From Chitinophagaceae bacterium (GTDB lineage: Bacteria; Bacteroidota; Bacteroidia; Chitinophagales; Chitinophagaceae), in the NCBI GenBank assembly GCA_947455425.1, contig CANGOT010000001.1:1-37132 (forward strand): DNA of 37,132 nt, written 5' to 3'. This document shows, piece after piece, positions 36,665 through 37,132 of the stretch. Under the pieces are notes generated by a model that had not been told where the DNA came from, searched no databases, and saw nothing but the letters and a program-made list of their open reading frames with translations. The number at the start of each line of letters is the position of its first letter. The stretch's first letter is position 1. The position numbers were made by a program, and so were the translations under genes.

Positions 36665-37132
36665 AACAAAGATTGAAACTTAATTTAATTACAGCTTTAC
36701 TGTTAATTACAGCAACCTTATTTGGACAGAACAAAATCACCTTAGTGATTACTGGTAATCCTAATGAAAAAATTACTTTGAATGGTTACGACAATTTTCA
36801 TAGTAATGACATTTTTAATTTAAAGCAATACTATGCTCCTCCTTTTAACAATGGAAGCTTAAATAGTAAAGGTGAATTTAAAATTACTACTGAATCTGAA
36901 AATCCAATATGGTTGCGTTTGCAAATTAATAGAACAGAAAAGCTTATTTATGGCGTATTGCAAAAAAACAGAACGTACTATATTAATATTTCGCGAGACT
37001 CTTGTATTGCAAGTTGTAATATTGAAAGTAAATATTTTGCCAATGAAGTTGCTTTGATGGAAAAGTTTAACAAAATATACTTTTTTGCAATGTATGTAAA
37101 TTTTAATAAGAAGAATAAATCAGTTAGTCCAC
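36662..37132 (+). CDS. Secreted hypothetical protein, 3'-truncated by the window edge (absent from the ORF track)
   Basis: An ATGA overlap with the preceding stop. MKQRLKLNLITALLLITATLFGQ is a signal peptide. The frame stays open for 157 codons to the window end. Confidence 0.55.

Overview
Low-GC, Bacteroidota-like chromosomal segment: TAnnTTTG -7 promoter boxes, no obvious Shine-Dalgarno sites, and GLPGLI, GH97, PKD and ORF6N proteins. From about 11.7 kb to the end it is mostly housekeeping: rpoB, a half-size CarB-like ATP-grasp protein, uppS, an amidase, an ABC-F ATPase, cyanophycin synthetase, a GH97 glucosidase, rsgA, coaX, an L,D-transpeptidase and a two-component pair. The first ~11.7 kb is an accessory mosaic. 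It holds the 3' part of a type I restriction hsdR, an acidic small ORF, and a 550-bp repeat-dense non-coding stretch next to a FimB/FimE-sized tyrosine recombinase. It also holds an IS1182-family transposase remnant, an XRE-like module, and a WG-repeat cluster. The best candidate for a new system is a co-directional minus-strand cluster at 5432-9138. A WYL-domain (BrxR/CapW-like) regulator leads it, followed by four proteins I cannot assign: a charge-poor Asn/Cys-rich 240-aa protein, an HELGH (ImmA/IrrE-like) 310-aa protein, a 144-aa coiled-coil protein and a 97-aa protein. Other oddities are a 32-nt motif plus terminator present twice and bracketing that region, an ORF6N cassette flanked by a duplicated cphA 3' end, a 21-bp G/C-rich tandem repeat, a histidine kinase with one in-frame TGA, and rpoB without rpoC or rplL nearby. 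No tRNA, rRNA or CRISPR array was seen. All homology calls come from reading motifs by eye, not from database searches.
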